NCBI GenBank assembly: GCA_944389185.1 | Contig: CALXLL010000001.1 | Coordinates: 24,061 to 88,060 of the forward strand | Reading direction: 5' to 3' | Source: an uncultured Alphaproteobacteria bacterium | GTDB lineage: Bacteria > Pseudomonadota > Alphaproteobacteria > Rs-D84 | Length of the DNA: 64,000 bases | Part shown: piece by piece, positions 29,894 through 39,141 of the stretch | Layout of the letters: each line of letters starts with the position of its first letter | Position numbering within the stretch: the first letter of the stretch is position 1 | Program-made: the position numbers and the translations under genes | The notes under the pieces: model-generated | Seen by the model: the letters and a program-made list of their open reading frames with translations, nothing else | Told to the model about the DNA's origin: nothing | Databases searched by the model: none

Positions 29894-30757
29894 ATGAAGT
29901 TAAAGTTTATGAAATATCGTAAATTATCATACTGGATTTCCGGTGTTTTAATTGCGTTGTCAGTCTTGTCTTTGTCGATAAAAGGCTTAAATTACGGAAT
30001 TGATTTCGCTGGTGGTATTTCTATGGAGGTAAAACCAATAGAACAAAGTTATACCATTGATAAAATGAGAGCTGACTTAGAAGCTTTTAACCCAGAATTG
30101 CAGACCGTTGACGGTAATGCAATATTAATTCGTGTCGGGTTACCAAAAGGTGCTGATGACGCTCAACAAAATCAGAGAGTAAGCGAAATAAAGGCTATAC
30201 TGGGTGATAAAGTAGAATATTCACAAGTGCAAATAGTCGGACCAAAAATTGGCGGTGAGTTAGTTCGTGGCGGTATATTGGCTATATTATTTTCTTTCGT
30301 TATGATGTCCATATACGTTTGGATTAGGTATCGCGGCGGTTATGCTGTGGGCTCTTTTATTTCTTTGATATTAGATTTTATAATAATTTTCGGGTTCTTT
30401 TCTATTACAGGACTTGAGTTCACTCAGACAGCAATTGCCGTTATATTAATGGGCGTCGGTTATTCTATTAATGATAAAGTTGTTAATTATGATAGAATAG
30501 AAGAAAATATTAAAAAATATCATAAAATGCCTATGGATGATTTGATAGATTTATCAGTTAATGAAATGTTGCGCAGAACTATTATGACTGGCGTTTCTAC
30601 AATATTGGCCATGGTCGGTTTATATTTATTCGGTGGCGATATGCTGAAAGAGTTCGCTATTGCTATGACTTTTTCTATTGTTATGGGAACTCTTACAAGT
30701 ATTTATATATCTAACGTTATCTTGTATCACTTTAATTTAAGAGATACTGATAATTAA
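29894..30757 (+). CDS. secF: Protein translocase subunit SecF
   Basis: GIDFAGG, VGPKIG, GYSIND.VV.YDRI.E, RTIMT. Confidence 0.96.
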   Translation: MKLKFMKYRKLSYWISGVLIALSVLSLSIKGLNYGIDFAGGISMEVKPIEQSYTIDKMRADLEAFNPELQTVDGNAILIRVGLPKGADDAQQNQRVSEIKAILGDKVEYSQVQIVGPKIGGELVRGGILAILFSFVMMSIYVWIRYRGGYAVGSFISLILDFIIIFGFFSITGLEFTQTAIAVILMGVGYSINDKVVNYDRIEENIKKYHKMPMDDLIDLSVNEMLRRTIMTGVSTILAMVGLYLFGGDMLKEFAIAMTFSIVMGTLTSIYISNVILYHFNLRDTDN

Positions 30758-30790
30758 AATGATATAAGCAAGGAATAAAAGGGGGAGATT

Positions 30791-32296
30791 ATGAAATTAT
30801 TTAATTTGATTTTCTTATCGTTTTTTTCCTTGCTTGTTTTGCCGGTTCGTGCAGAAAGTTTGTTCTTTGAAGACGAACCTGTGCAATTGGGGTTAAACGT
30901 TTTTGATGTATCTGATACTTTTTCAGACATTTATGAAAAACTGGATGCTGTAAATTGGGCAGGAAAAAATATAAATGTTGCAATTGAAAGCTTGGAAAAA
31001 CTTAATTCAAATGCTCATATAGCCGCCACAGACGAAAGGGTAGTCTTGGTTTGGAAAGATTCTATAATTGCAAACTATCCGCGCCCAACACCAAAAGATT
31101 GGAATGGGTTCGGTGAAATTACTACGGCCATTGTTCTTAAAATTAGGGAAAACGATCCTGCGTTTAGAAAAAAAACAGAAAGTGAAATGTATCAAGCCGT
31201 TGTTGATAGCTTGATGAAAGGTATTGACGAAAATGGTCGATATATTTTTTCTAGGCAAGCAGAAATAAACGAAGATAATCGTATATTGACCAGTGTAGGA
31301 TTGCAGGGAAATCGCGATAATCGCGGTAATTTTCGTATATTTGGGGTTTTTAAGGGCTCGCCTGCAGATAATGCTGGAATAAAACCAGGTGATTTGATTT
31401 CTGAAATAAACGGCGTTTCAATTAAAAATATATCCGATTCTGAATTAAATGATGTTTTGTCTGGGTATAATTCTTCTACTTCAAAAATAAAACTTTTAAC
31501 TCCTGCCGGTAATCAAGACGTGGTATTAAGAAAAGCAAGCGTTATATTAGCTGATTCTGATATCGTGTATAGAAATGCTGACGATGAAAATGCAGTGCTT
31601 GAAATCATTGTTCATAAAATATCTGATGGGGCAGTTGATATTATAAAAGAAGCTTTAAATAAATACCCAAATGCAACTGGTATTATTCTTGATTTACGCT
31701 CTGCAACCGGTGACGATGAAAAAGCAGCAGCAAAATTGGCAGGGTTGTTTATCGGTAAAAATCCTGTAATGAGAATCGTAGAAACTGCAAAAGATGAAGT
31801 AGAGGTTGTCCCAGGGGGCGATGCCGTCACAGATGCACCTGTTGTTGTATTAATGTCTAATATGACGCGTGGAACGGCAGAAGCCGTTGTTGCTAGCTTT
31901 TATGAAAATCAGCGCGGCGTTTTGGTCGGAACACCTACGGCAGGTCAGGCAAGAATTGCTTCAAGAATAAATCTTGATAATGGCGGCGCTTTGGAATTGC
32001 TTAATAAAGCTATTAAAACAGGTTCCGGAAAAATAATTGATGGCAGAGGCGTTTTTCCAATAGTCTGCTTGTCTAATATAAGAACTGCAAGCCAACAAAA
32101 TGCTTTCTTTTTAAACGTTGTAAATAATGATTTTAATTTTCAAGATTTTAATAAAGACGATTCTATTAACCCAGAAAGTATAAGAAAGGGTTGCCCCGTC
32201 ATAACTAGTGGAAAAGACGAAGATGCCGTGTCTATGGCGGTTTCTGCAAAAATATTAACTGATAAGAAACTTTATAATAAACTAATAGCTGAATAG
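30791..32296 (+). CDS. S41/CtpA-like PDZ protein, probably catalytically inactive
   Basis: Signal peptide, PDZ GSPADNAGIKPGD, ILDLRS, PVVVL, GRGVFP; catalytic Ser and Lys motifs degenerate. Confidence 0.8.
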   Translation: MKLFNLIFLSFFSLLVLPVRAESLFFEDEPVQLGLNVFDVSDTFSDIYEKLDAVNWAGKNINVAIESLEKLNSNAHIAATDERVVLVWKDSIIANYPRPTPKDWNGFGEITTAIVLKIRENDPAFRKKTESEMYQAVVDSLMKGIDENGRYIFSRQAEINEDNRILTSVGLQGNRDNRGNFRIFGVFKGSPADNAGIKPGDLISEINGVSIKNISDSELNDVLSGYNSSTSKIKLLTPAGNQDVVLRKASVILADSDIVYRNADDENAVLEIIVHKISDGAVDIIKEALNKYPNATGIILDLRSATGDDEKAAAKLAGLFIGKNPVMRIVETAKDEVEVVPGGDAVTDAPVVVLMSNMTRGTAEAVVASFYENQRGVLVGTPTAGQARIASRINLDNGGALELLNKAIKTGSGKIIDGRGVFPIVCLSNIRTASQQNAFFLNVVNNDFNFQDFNKDDSINPESIRKGCPVITSGKDEDAVSMAVSAKILTDKKLYNKLIAE

Positions 32297-32297
32297 G

Positions 32298-33002
32298 GTG
32301 AATAATATGTTTTTAACCAAAGAAAATAATATTAAATGGAACTGGCTTGCTTATGGAAGTTTTGTGACTTTATTCCTTGTCTTTACTGGTGTTTTTTTGT
32401 TTGACAAACCTTTGTATTTACTGTTAAGAAACTATGATTGCAGATTATGGCATATCTTTGACGCCCTTTTTCAAGCAGAAATATGGATTGCTGCTTCTTT
32501 AATAGTTCTTGTGATTTTTTATATAAAGAAAATCTTGGTTGAAAATGTTAAATATAGAAATAATAAGGGACATATTTGTTTAAAAACTTTTATAATAGAT
32601 GCTGTAAATAAGACTAAAAATAGCTATGCTTTTTATGTTTTCGTTTCGGTTGTGTCTGCAAGCTTGATTGCACAAGTATTAAAAGTAATTATAGGTAGGG
32701 CCAGACCGATATTTTACGAAGCTTTAAATATGACTGGTTTTTTCCCGTTTACTGTTGATTGGGCTTTTAATTCTATGCCATCGGGGCATACAACTGCGTC
32801 TTTTGCTGGTTTGGTTATGTTGGGGTTACTTGCACCAAAAATTAAATGGTTTACTTGGACTTTAGCGGTTATAATAGGGGTTTCAAGGGTTTGTTGCGGC
32901 GCACATTGGCCAACAGATGTTATTTTAGGGGCTTTTATAGGAATGGTGGTCGCAGATTTTGTAAAGCATATATTAAAGAAACATTTTCATGTCCAATTGT
33001 AA
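32298..33002 (+). CDS. PAP2 family membrane phosphatase (LpxE/undecaprenyl-PP phosphatase-like)
   Basis: C1 KVIIGRARP, C2 PSGH, C3 SRVCCGAHWPTDV. Confidence 0.9.
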   Translation: MNNMFLTKENNIKWNWLAYGSFVTLFLVFTGVFLFDKPLYLLLRNYDCRLWHIFDALFQAEIWIAASLIVLVIFYIKKILVENVKYRNNKGHICLKTFIIDAVNKTKNSYAFYVFVSVVSASLIAQVLKVIIGRARPIFYEALNMTGFFPFTVDWAFNSMPSGHTTASFAGLVMLGLLAPKIKWFTWTLAVIIGVSRVCCGAHWPTDVILGAFIGMVVADFVKHILKKHFHVQL

Positions 33003-33029
33003 CATTTTTGCTTTTTTTATGATATAATT

Positions 33030-35267
33030 GTGAATATGAAAAAAAACTCTAAGCTTTTACCGGAAAGAATATCGGACGCGTTAAAGTCATTAATAAAGCG
33101 TTTCGTTGGTTTGGTTTTACTGGTTTTGGGCGTATGGGCCGTTTTCGCAATATTGTTTTTTGACCCTTATTTAGAAGGTTTTTCCGTTGCTAGCACTTTT
33201 GGAACTCAAAATGTAATGGGATGGTTTGTAGGCGGGGCTATTTTTTTAATCGGGACTTTGCCAAGTTTGTTCTTGGCTTTGTGGATTTCAAGGTTGGGGT
33301 TATCTTGGTTGGCTGGTTGGGAATCTAACGATTCGCCGGAATATAACTTATTACGCGGTTTTATTGCGTTATGCGTGGGGGCGGCTGGTTTTGGATTGAT
33401 TCTACCATCTTATAATTTAGGCGGAATGATGGGGGCAATAGTAAATGCCGATTTAAACAGCATATTGGGTAATTGGACATTATTAATAGGAATTATTTTA
33501 ATATTAGAGTTTTTCGTGCTTGTTGCAAGCTTGTTGCGTATTAAATGGAAGCATATAAAATCAGTCGGTGCTTACTTATATAAAGGATTTATGTGGTTGC
33601 TGTCTGTGTTCCATTTGTCTTCTTATAGGGTAGACCAGATATCAGAAGAAGAAAACGAAGAAGTTGTTGATTCGGAAGAAGTAACTCAAGAAAAAAAGAA
33701 ATTAAAAAAGACTGTGACCGCAAAGAAAAAAGCGCTTAAAAAAAGCGAATATCAGGAATCTGATATTAAAGATCATAAATATGAACTTCCTGATCCTATG
33801 TTCTTGGAAAAATCTAATTTTGGAAAAAACGTAGTTACGCCAGAATTAAAAAGAAATGCTGCCGCTATGGAAGAGCATTTCGCAGAATACGGGGTTCACG
33901 GTAAAGTTGTTGGTATTCGTCCAGGGCCAATCGTAACGTTATACGAGTTTATGCCAGCAACAGGCGTCCGTATGGTGGATATAAATAAAACCGTAAAAGA
34001 TATGACGCGTGCCATGGCAACAGAAAATATTCGTATCGCACATATCCCCAGCACCCAATTAATAGGCGTGGAAATGGTAAACCTGAATAGGCAGACTGTG
34101 CGTTTTCAATCTTTGGTGGATAATGAAACATTTATTAATTCTAAGTATCGAATACCATTGGCTTTAGGGGTAGATATCGGTGGAAATCCAATGTATTTCG
34201 ATTTAGCTAAAATGCCACACGTTTTGATAGCTGGAAGAACCGGGTCTGGTAAATCTGTATTCGTTCAATCTATTATAATGTCTATTTTATATCATTTTAC
34301 GCCGGATAAATGTAAATTGATGATAGTTGACCCAAAAGGTGTTGATTTTACTTTATGGAAAGATATACCACATTTAATTACACCAGTATTAACAGACGCA
34401 AATGATTCTGTAAATGCTTTGAAGTGGTCTGTGCGTGAAATGGAAGAAAGATATAAAAAACTGCAATTAATGGGCGTTCAGAATATAGAAGGCTATAACC
34501 AGGTAGTTGCTGCTAAACGAGAATCTGGTGAAGTTATGACAAGACAAGTTGCGGTTGGAACAAATGAAGAAACAGGAGAACTAGAATTTGAAACCCAGGA
34601 AGTTGATTTATCTGATATGCCTTACTTGGTTATCATAATAGACGAAGTAGCAGATTTGATGTCTGTTGCAAGAAAAGACGTAGAAGCTTGTGTCCAAAGA
34701 TTGGCACAAAAAGCTCGTGCTGCAGGAATTCATTTGGTTGCGGCTACTCAAAGACCTGATACTTCCGTTATAACGGGGGTTATAAAAGCGAACTTCCCAA
34801 CGCGTATATCTTTCCAAGCAAGAAGCACAATAGATTCTATGACTACATTAGGCGAAAAAGGTGCAGAGCAATTGCTGTCTTGTGGCGATATGTTATTTAG
34901 TGAAGCAGGGCGCGTGCCTGTGCGTATTCATGGTGCTTTCATAGAAAACACAGAAATTAATCGTGTCGCAGATTTCTTAAGAGCAGAAGGTGAACCAGAA
35001 TATGTTTCTGGTATATCGGATGCAGAAGATTCAGCAGGCGGCGTAAGTGCTGACATTCCAGGTATGCCGGTTTCAAAAGAAGATAAAGACGCAGATTTGT
35101 ATACGCAAGCAAAAGAATATGTCATAAGAGATAAAAAACCTACAATTTCTTATATACAAAGAAGATTACGTATAGGATACAATAAAGCTGCTGGTTTTAT
35201 AGAAAGAATGGAACAAGAAGGCATAATTAGTCAGCCAGACGGTAATAATAAACGTCATATCTTGTAA
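33030..35267 (+). CDS. ftsK: DNA translocase FtsK
   Basis: N-terminal TMs, MPHVLIAGRTGSGKS, DPK, IIDEVADLM, ATQRP, gamma domain QRRLRIGYNKA. Confidence 0.97.
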   Translation: MNMKKNSKLLPERISDALKSLIKRFVGLVLLVLGVWAVFAILFFDPYLEGFSVASTFGTQNVMGWFVGGAIFLIGTLPSLFLALWISRLGLSWLAGWESNDSPEYNLLRGFIALCVGAAGFGLILPSYNLGGMMGAIVNADLNSILGNWTLLIGIILILEFFVLVASLLRIKWKHIKSVGAYLYKGFMWLLSVFHLSSYRVDQISEEENEEVVDSEEVTQEKKKLKKTVTAKKKALKKSEYQESDIKDHKYELPDPMFLEKSNFGKNVVTPELKRNAAAMEEHFAEYGVHGKVVGIRPGPIVTLYEFMPATGVRMVDINKTVKDMTRAMATENIRIAHIPSTQLIGVEMVNLNRQTVRFQSLVDNETFINSKYRIPLALGVDIGGNPMYFDLAKMPHVLIAGRTGSGKSVFVQSIIMSILYHFTPDKCKLMIVDPKGVDFTLWKDIPHLITPVLTDANDSVNALKWSVREMEERYKKLQLMGVQNIEGYNQVVAAKRESGEVMTRQVAVGTNEETGELEFETQEVDLSDMPYLVIIIDEVADLMSVARKDVEACVQRLAQKARAAGIHLVAATQRPDTSVITGVIKANFPTRISFQARSTIDSMTTLGEKGAEQLLSCGDMLFSEAGRVPVRIHGAFIENTEINRVADFLRAEGEPEYVSGISDAEDSAGGVSADIPGMPVSKEDKDADLYTQAKEYVIRDKKPTISYIQRRLRIGYNKAAGFIERMEQEGIISQPDGNNKRHIL

Positions 35268-35349
35268 TTAATCCTAGATTATATAGAAATATTAAAACTT
35301 TTTTATAAAGGCTTTTTATGGTATAATTTATACCAAAAGGAGATTTTAT

Positions 35350-36582
35350 ATGAAAGCAAAAATATCGTTGTTAGTGTTATTAATGGCTTGTATCGGGGGT
35401 GAACCGGCTTTCGCTGCGACCAATTCCGGTACCAGGGCCGCTTCAAGCGCAGATTTAACAAGCGCTCCAGCCGTTAGAACAAGAACAAATGTTAATTATG
35501 AAAAATACGAAACAAAAACTTCAACTAAAACGTATGACGTAAATAACAATAACTCTAATTTATATTATACGCAACCAGAGAATAGAAGTGCTTTATATAG
35601 ACAATATGATTCGTCAAATGCTTCACAAAATATCCGCACAAGCAGATCTGAAACTGTCAGAGAACAGTTAAAAAGAAAATATTATTTGGCCCATCCTTTC
35701 TTTCAACCTTTGAAAGGTAAATTCGGTTCCGTTACTGATCTGTCTTATGCTATGAATTCTTATGACGTCGGTTTGTCTATAAGTCAAGACTTTACAGATT
35801 CTACTGGTGTTTCTCTTAGCGATTTAAATGCTAAATGGAATACTAACCAATTTACTATAAAAGAAGATTTTAGTTATGGTATTACAGATACAATCGCCGT
35901 ATTGGCTATGCTGCAATATAATATGTCCGATTACAAATTAGATTGGTCGGCTTCACCCGATGACAGCATGGATGATTCTGGTATAAACTTGTTCGGTGTT
36001 GGTGCACAGTGGCGCTTTGTAGATAATACAGATTGGATTGCAACGTTGTCTGGTTATTATCAGCACCAAAAAGATATTTCTAATAACTTTATATTAGATT
36101 TAAAAGCTGGATATAAAATTTCTTCTTCTACTATTTATGGTTTGGCCAGAGGCTGGTTGTTAGATTTTGAAGGAAATACCTATGGTAATGGTATGTCAGG
36201 AACAACAACAGATGGCACAGTATCTTCTATATTCATTGCTTATGATACAAACGTAAGTTCTGTATTTTATGCAGAAGGCGGATTAGGTGTATTTTCCGTA
36301 TTAGATGAAGACTGGACTTTGAATCTTGAAGCTGTATTTGGGTATTATGATTGGCACAATCAAGCAACTTTAAAAGCTGCTGTTGGATGGCAACCAAATG
36401 ACTGGGTTGCTTTGAATCTTTATGCAAAAACAGCAATATATGACAGTGCAGACGGTAAAAATCTTAGCTTCTGGTGGCTGGAACCAGGAAAAGGTTTGGA
36501 TCAATGGACCGTTGCAGGGACTGCTAATATAGATAATTATTCAGAAACATCTATTGGATTGCAGGCTGTATTTCTATTTTAA
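35350..36582 (+). CDS. Putative outer-membrane beta-barrel protein
   Basis: Signal peptide (AFA), alternating amphipathic strands, C-terminal GLQAVFLF. Confidence 0.7.
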   Translation: MKAKISLLVLLMACIGGEPAFAATNSGTRAASSADLTSAPAVRTRTNVNYEKYETKTSTKTYDVNNNNSNLYYTQPENRSALYRQYDSSNASQNIRTSRSETVREQLKRKYYLAHPFFQPLKGKFGSVTDLSYAMNSYDVGLSISQDFTDSTGVSLSDLNAKWNTNQFTIKEDFSYGITDTIAVLAMLQYNMSDYKLDWSASPDDSMDDSGINLFGVGAQWRFVDNTDWIATLSGYYQHQKDISNNFILDLKAGYKISSSTIYGLARGWLLDFEGNTYGNGMSGTTTDGTVSSIFIAYDTNVSSVFYAEGGLGVFSVLDEDWTLNLEAVFGYYDWHNQATLKAAVGWQPNDWVALNLYAKTAIYDSADGKNLSFWWLEPGKGLDQWTVAGTANIDNYSETSIGLQAVFLF

Positions 36583-36590
36583 TTAAGTGC

Positions 36591-36626
36591 GTTTTGCCCC
36601 GGTATGTCTTGGGGCAAAACTTTTTT
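36591..36626 (+). terminator. Intrinsic terminator
   Basis: GTTTTGCCCC...GGGGCAAAAC followed by T6. Confidence 0.8.
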
Positions 36627-36658
36627 ATATTATTTATAAAAATAACATGGTGTGGGGA

Positions 36659-37378
36659 ATGTTAAAAAAATTAATTTGTTTTTCTTTCTTAATAAGTGCT
36701 TTTATTGTTTTTCCTGTAAAAGCTAATACCTTAAATAATGATACTTCGGATCCTTTGTTTATGTTGTATCAGGAAGGCGTATTATCTAAAACAACCTTAA
36801 CTTATTGGGATAATATATTAAGAGCCGGACAATATGTTTCTTACGGTTTGAATAATAGGCTTACTATCGGTGCAAATATTCATTTTCAACAAGATTTTGA
36901 CGGACCAGAAGATGGTTTTTCCGCCATAGATTTAGGGGCTGTCTATCGTCTTGCAGGTGCAGAAAGTAATAGCGCAAGAATAATATATGACTTGTTATTA
37001 GGTTTTAAATTCGGTGGCAGTGAAAAAGTAAGAACTCCATTCTTTGCAGATTCTACTTATTATGCAGGGTTGCGTTTCGGAAGACAATGGGCGGGGGTAA
37101 CTTTGGCCGCAACTATTCAATCTAGTTGGATTTTTGATGAAACGCGTGGAATGTCGTATATAGATTTTATACCAGAAGCTTATTTCAGAGTTTCCCAAGA
37201 TTGGCGTCTAGGCGGAGGTTTAACTTTAAGAAAATCTACTAATCCAGCTTTTAATCAAGAATGGGTTAACTTTAAGTTTTTACGTCAATACGGCAGAACA
37301 CAGTATATAGGTCATGTAGATTACGAGTTCGAAAGCGATGAATTTCAATTGGGTATGCAGGTAAATATTTTATTTTAA
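36659..37378 (+). CDS. Putative outer-membrane beta-barrel protein
   Basis: Likely start MLKKLIC at 36659; signal peptide; beta-strand pattern; C-terminal GMQVNILF. Confidence 0.65.
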   Translation: MLKKLICFSFLISAFIVFPVKANTLNNDTSDPLFMLYQEGVLSKTTLTYWDNILRAGQYVSYGLNNRLTIGANIHFQQDFDGPEDGFSAIDLGAVYRLAGAESNSARIIYDLLLGFKFGGSEKVRTPFFADSTYYAGLRFGRQWAGVTLAATIQSSWIFDETRGMSYIDFIPEAYFRVSQDWRLGGGLTLRKSTNPAFNQEWVNFKFLRQYGRTQYIGHVDYEFESDEFQLGMQVNILF

Positions 37379-37398
37379 CCGTAATATCTTGAATGTAT

Positions 37399-37430
37399 AA
37401 AAGCGCTGTATTCAGCGCTTTTATTTTTTA
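37399..37430. terminator. Bidirectional intrinsic terminator
   Basis: AAAAGCGCTG-TATT-CAGCGCTTTT between convergent genes. Confidence 0.8.
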
Positions 37431-38698
37431 TTTAGTTTTTCTCTTAAACCATCCCAATAATCAAGACGTTTTTTTATTTCTCGTTCAAATCCGCGCTCAA
37501 TAGGTATATAAAACTTTTGTCTTGGCATTGTTTCTGGAAAACAGTTTTGACCGCTGAAACCAAGCTCGGTATCAGGTTCGTAAATATAGTTTGCACCGTA
37601 ACCAAGTTTTTTCATCATTTTTGTCGGTGCGTTTAATATATTTTTTGGCGGCATTAAACTGCCTGTTGTTTTTGCAACTGCGTATGCAGATGTCTGGGCT
37701 TTATAATTACTGGTGCTTTTGGGGCATGTTCCAAGATATATAACAAGTTCTGTTAAAGCAAGATCGCCTTCTGGACTGCCCATTCTTTCATATATTTGCC
37801 ATGCACTTAAGGCAATTTGCATGGCATTCGGATCTGCAAGACCTATGTCTTCCATAGCAAAACGTGTAAGCCTGCGGAATAAATACATTGGGTCTTGACC
37901 AGATGTCATCATTCGGGCAGTCCAATACAATGCTGCATCAGTATCACTTGCACGCAAAGATTTATGCACAGCAGAAATTAAATTATAATGCTCGTCACCG
38001 GATTTGTCGGATAAAGGAGCCCGCTTTTGTATAGCGTTGTCTAATCCGTCGCTATCTAATTTTTTCTTAAAATTTGCTGATACAAGGTATTCAATAGTAT
38101 TTAATAAAAATCTGGCATCTCCATCTGCCATTTGGGCAAGATGAATTTTGGCGTTTTCGTCTAATGGGACTTTCTTGTTTAGGTATTTTTCTGCCCGTTC
38201 AAGTAATGTTAATAGGTCTTTTTCATTTAATGGTTCTAACACACCTATGTGACATCTTGATAACAACGCGTTATTTAAGTTAAAACTGGGGTTTTCTGTC
38301 GTGGCACCTATAAACACAACTGTCCCATCTTCTAAGTATGGTAACAATGTATCTTGCTGGGTTTTATTAAATCTATGAATTTCATCTATGAAAAGTAAGG
38401 TTGATCGCCCCATTTGCTGATTAAGTTTTGCTGCTTCCATTGCTTTCTTTATATCTGCAGTTCCTGAAAATACGGCGGACATAGGAACAAAATCCATATC
38501 AACGGAATTAGCAAGCGCTTTCGCAATAGTCGTTTTTCCACATCCTGGGGGACCCCATAAAATTAAATTTGATAGTTTACGATTTTCTACCATGCGACGC
38601 ACCAAGCCATTGTCACCAAGTAATTGCTGTTGACCGACTATTTCATCTATCGTTTCGGGACGCATTAAATCTGCAAGTGGTCTGGTTGAGTCTTTCAT
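37421..38698 (-). CDS. rarA: Replication-associated recombination protein RarA/MgsA
   Basis: PLADLMRP, GPPGCGKTT, DEIHRFNK, GATTENPSF, SAVHKSLR, EDIGLADP. Confidence 0.96.
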   Translation of the reverse strand: MKDSTRPLADLMRPETIDEIVGQQQLLGDNGLVRRMVENRKLSNLILWGPPGCGKTTIAKALANSVDMDFVPMSAVFSGTADIKKAMEAAKLNQQMGRSTLLFIDEIHRFNKTQQDTLLPYLEDGTVVFIGATTENPSFNLNNALLSRCHIGVLEPLNEKDLLTLLERAEKYLNKKVPLDENAKIHLAQMADGDARFLLNTIEYLVSANFKKKLDSDGLDNAIQKRAPLSDKSGDEHYNLISAVHKSLRASDTDAALYWTARMMTSGQDPMYLFRRLTRFAMEDIGLADPNAMQIALSAWQIYERMGSPEGDLALTELVIYLGTCPKSTSNYKAQTSAYAVAKTTGSLMPPKNILNAPTKMMKKLGYGANYIYEPDTELGFSGQNCFPETMPRQKFYIPIERGFEREIKKRLDYWDGLREKLNKK

Positions 38699-38778
38699 GG
38701 TTTTATTTATTACCTAAGTTTTATTTACATTTTATTTGTGGTATAATTAATTGTATTAAATAACACAAGGATTATCAA

Positions 38779-39141
38779 TTGGTAAATAATAATAAAAATT
38801 CAGAGTTTGCTTTGGCGGTCGCTAATTTAGCAGCAGCAGCTATGACGTCTAATCCTTCCTTGTCTATGAAAGAAGCAGTAGCTATGGCAAGAAATAATTT
38901 ATTGGGAACGTCTTTAACGGAAAAGCAAATACAAGAATCTGTGTTGCCAGAAAAGATAAAGTGCTTTGAAGATGGAACTTGGCACATAATGTTGCGAAGG
39001 TATTTAAAAAGAAAGTTTAATATGACACCTTCACAATATAAACAAAAATGGGGTTTACCAGACGATTATCCTTTGGTCGCACCTAATTATACTAAAAAGC
39101 GCTCTAAGATAGCGAAAAAAACGGGGCTGGGCAAAAAATGA
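38779..39141 (+). CDS. mucR: MucR/Ros family nucleoid-associated regulator
   Basis: IKCFEDG...MLRRYL...MTPSQYKQKWGLPDDYPLVAPNY..KRSKIAKKTGLG; TTG start with AAGGA RBS. Confidence 0.9.
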   Translation: MVNNNKNSEFALAVANLAAAAMTSNPSLSMKEAVAMARNNLLGTSLTEKQIQESVLPEKIKCFEDGTWHIMLRRYLKRKFNMTPSQYKQKWGLPDDYPLVAPNYTKKRSKIAKKTGLGKK

